NCBI GenBank assembly: GCA_963611905.1
Contig: CAVDTI010000063.1
Location: 5,087-38,948, forward strand
Source: Faecalibacterium prausnitzii
Lineage (GTDB): Bacteria; Bacillota_I; Bacilli_A; RFN20; CAG-826
Length of the DNA stretch: 33,862 bases
Direction of reading: 5' to 3'
Shown: positions 33,831-33,862 of the stretch, one piece after another
How the letters are laid out: every line of letters begins with the position of its first letter
Position numbering within the stretch: the first letter of the stretch is position 1
The notes under the pieces: generated by a model
Seen by the model: the letters and a program-made list of their open reading frames with translations, nothing else
What the model was told of the DNA's origin: nothing
The model's database searches: none
Position numbers and translations under genes: made by a program

Positions 33831-33862
33831 AGAACTTCTAGATCAAAGAAGTTTTCTAGAAG
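33831..33862 (+). terminator. Hairpin after the Na/Pi gene (possible terminator, truncated by the window edge)
   Basis: There are two alternative stems: AACTTCT/AGAAGTT (7 bp) or CTTCTAGA/TCTAGAAG (8 bp). The downstream sequence is not visible. Confidence 0.35.

Noticed and set aside
1-33862. CRISPR arrays, tRNA/rRNA genes, tandem repeats, or known defence-system gene pairs.
   Set aside because: No regularly spaced direct repeats, no GGTTCGAATCC-type T-arms in any intergenic region, and no recognisable Cas, RT, restriction or abortive-infection proteins were seen by eye.

Overview
Low-GC bacterial chromosome segment. All long ORFs are intact under the standard code, so TGA acts as a stop. 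The gene content suggests a Mollicutes-related or Erysipelotrichia-like Bacillota lineage that does not use code 4; this placement is inference. Supporting traits are Opp ATPases with large insertions, a ClpB lacking its N-domain behind a perfect CIRCE operator, many lipoproteins, and glf. Contents in order: a partial XRE regulator; two membrane proteins; a complete oppABCDF operon on the minus strand; a DUF3899-like membrane protein; an M6/InhA-like metalloprotease lipoprotein and a second large lipoprotein; fucO; a PIN-domain protein with a long Lys-rich tail, divergent from a membrane-anchored XRE regulator; hypB-hypA with no hydrogenase nearby; a decayed serine-recombinase relic; CIRCE-clpB; a P-loop kinase-like gene; a glf-manA-glcK operon; an S41-like lipoprotein; a CBS protein; two membrane proteins, one resembling an ECF S-component; and a Na/Pi cotransporter. 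The most unusual locus is an ORF-poor island of about 580 nt at roughly 27500-28090. By hand count it is about 46% G+C, against about 23% in the adjacent spacer. It lies antisense to both flanking genes, has its own promoter-like and terminator elements, and has many hairpins whose G-U pairs work only on the plus strand. I call it an unclassified large structured ncRNA. It carries a 24-codon hydrophobic ORF behind a consensus Shine-Dalgarno sequence. No tRNA, rRNA or CRISPR array was recognised.
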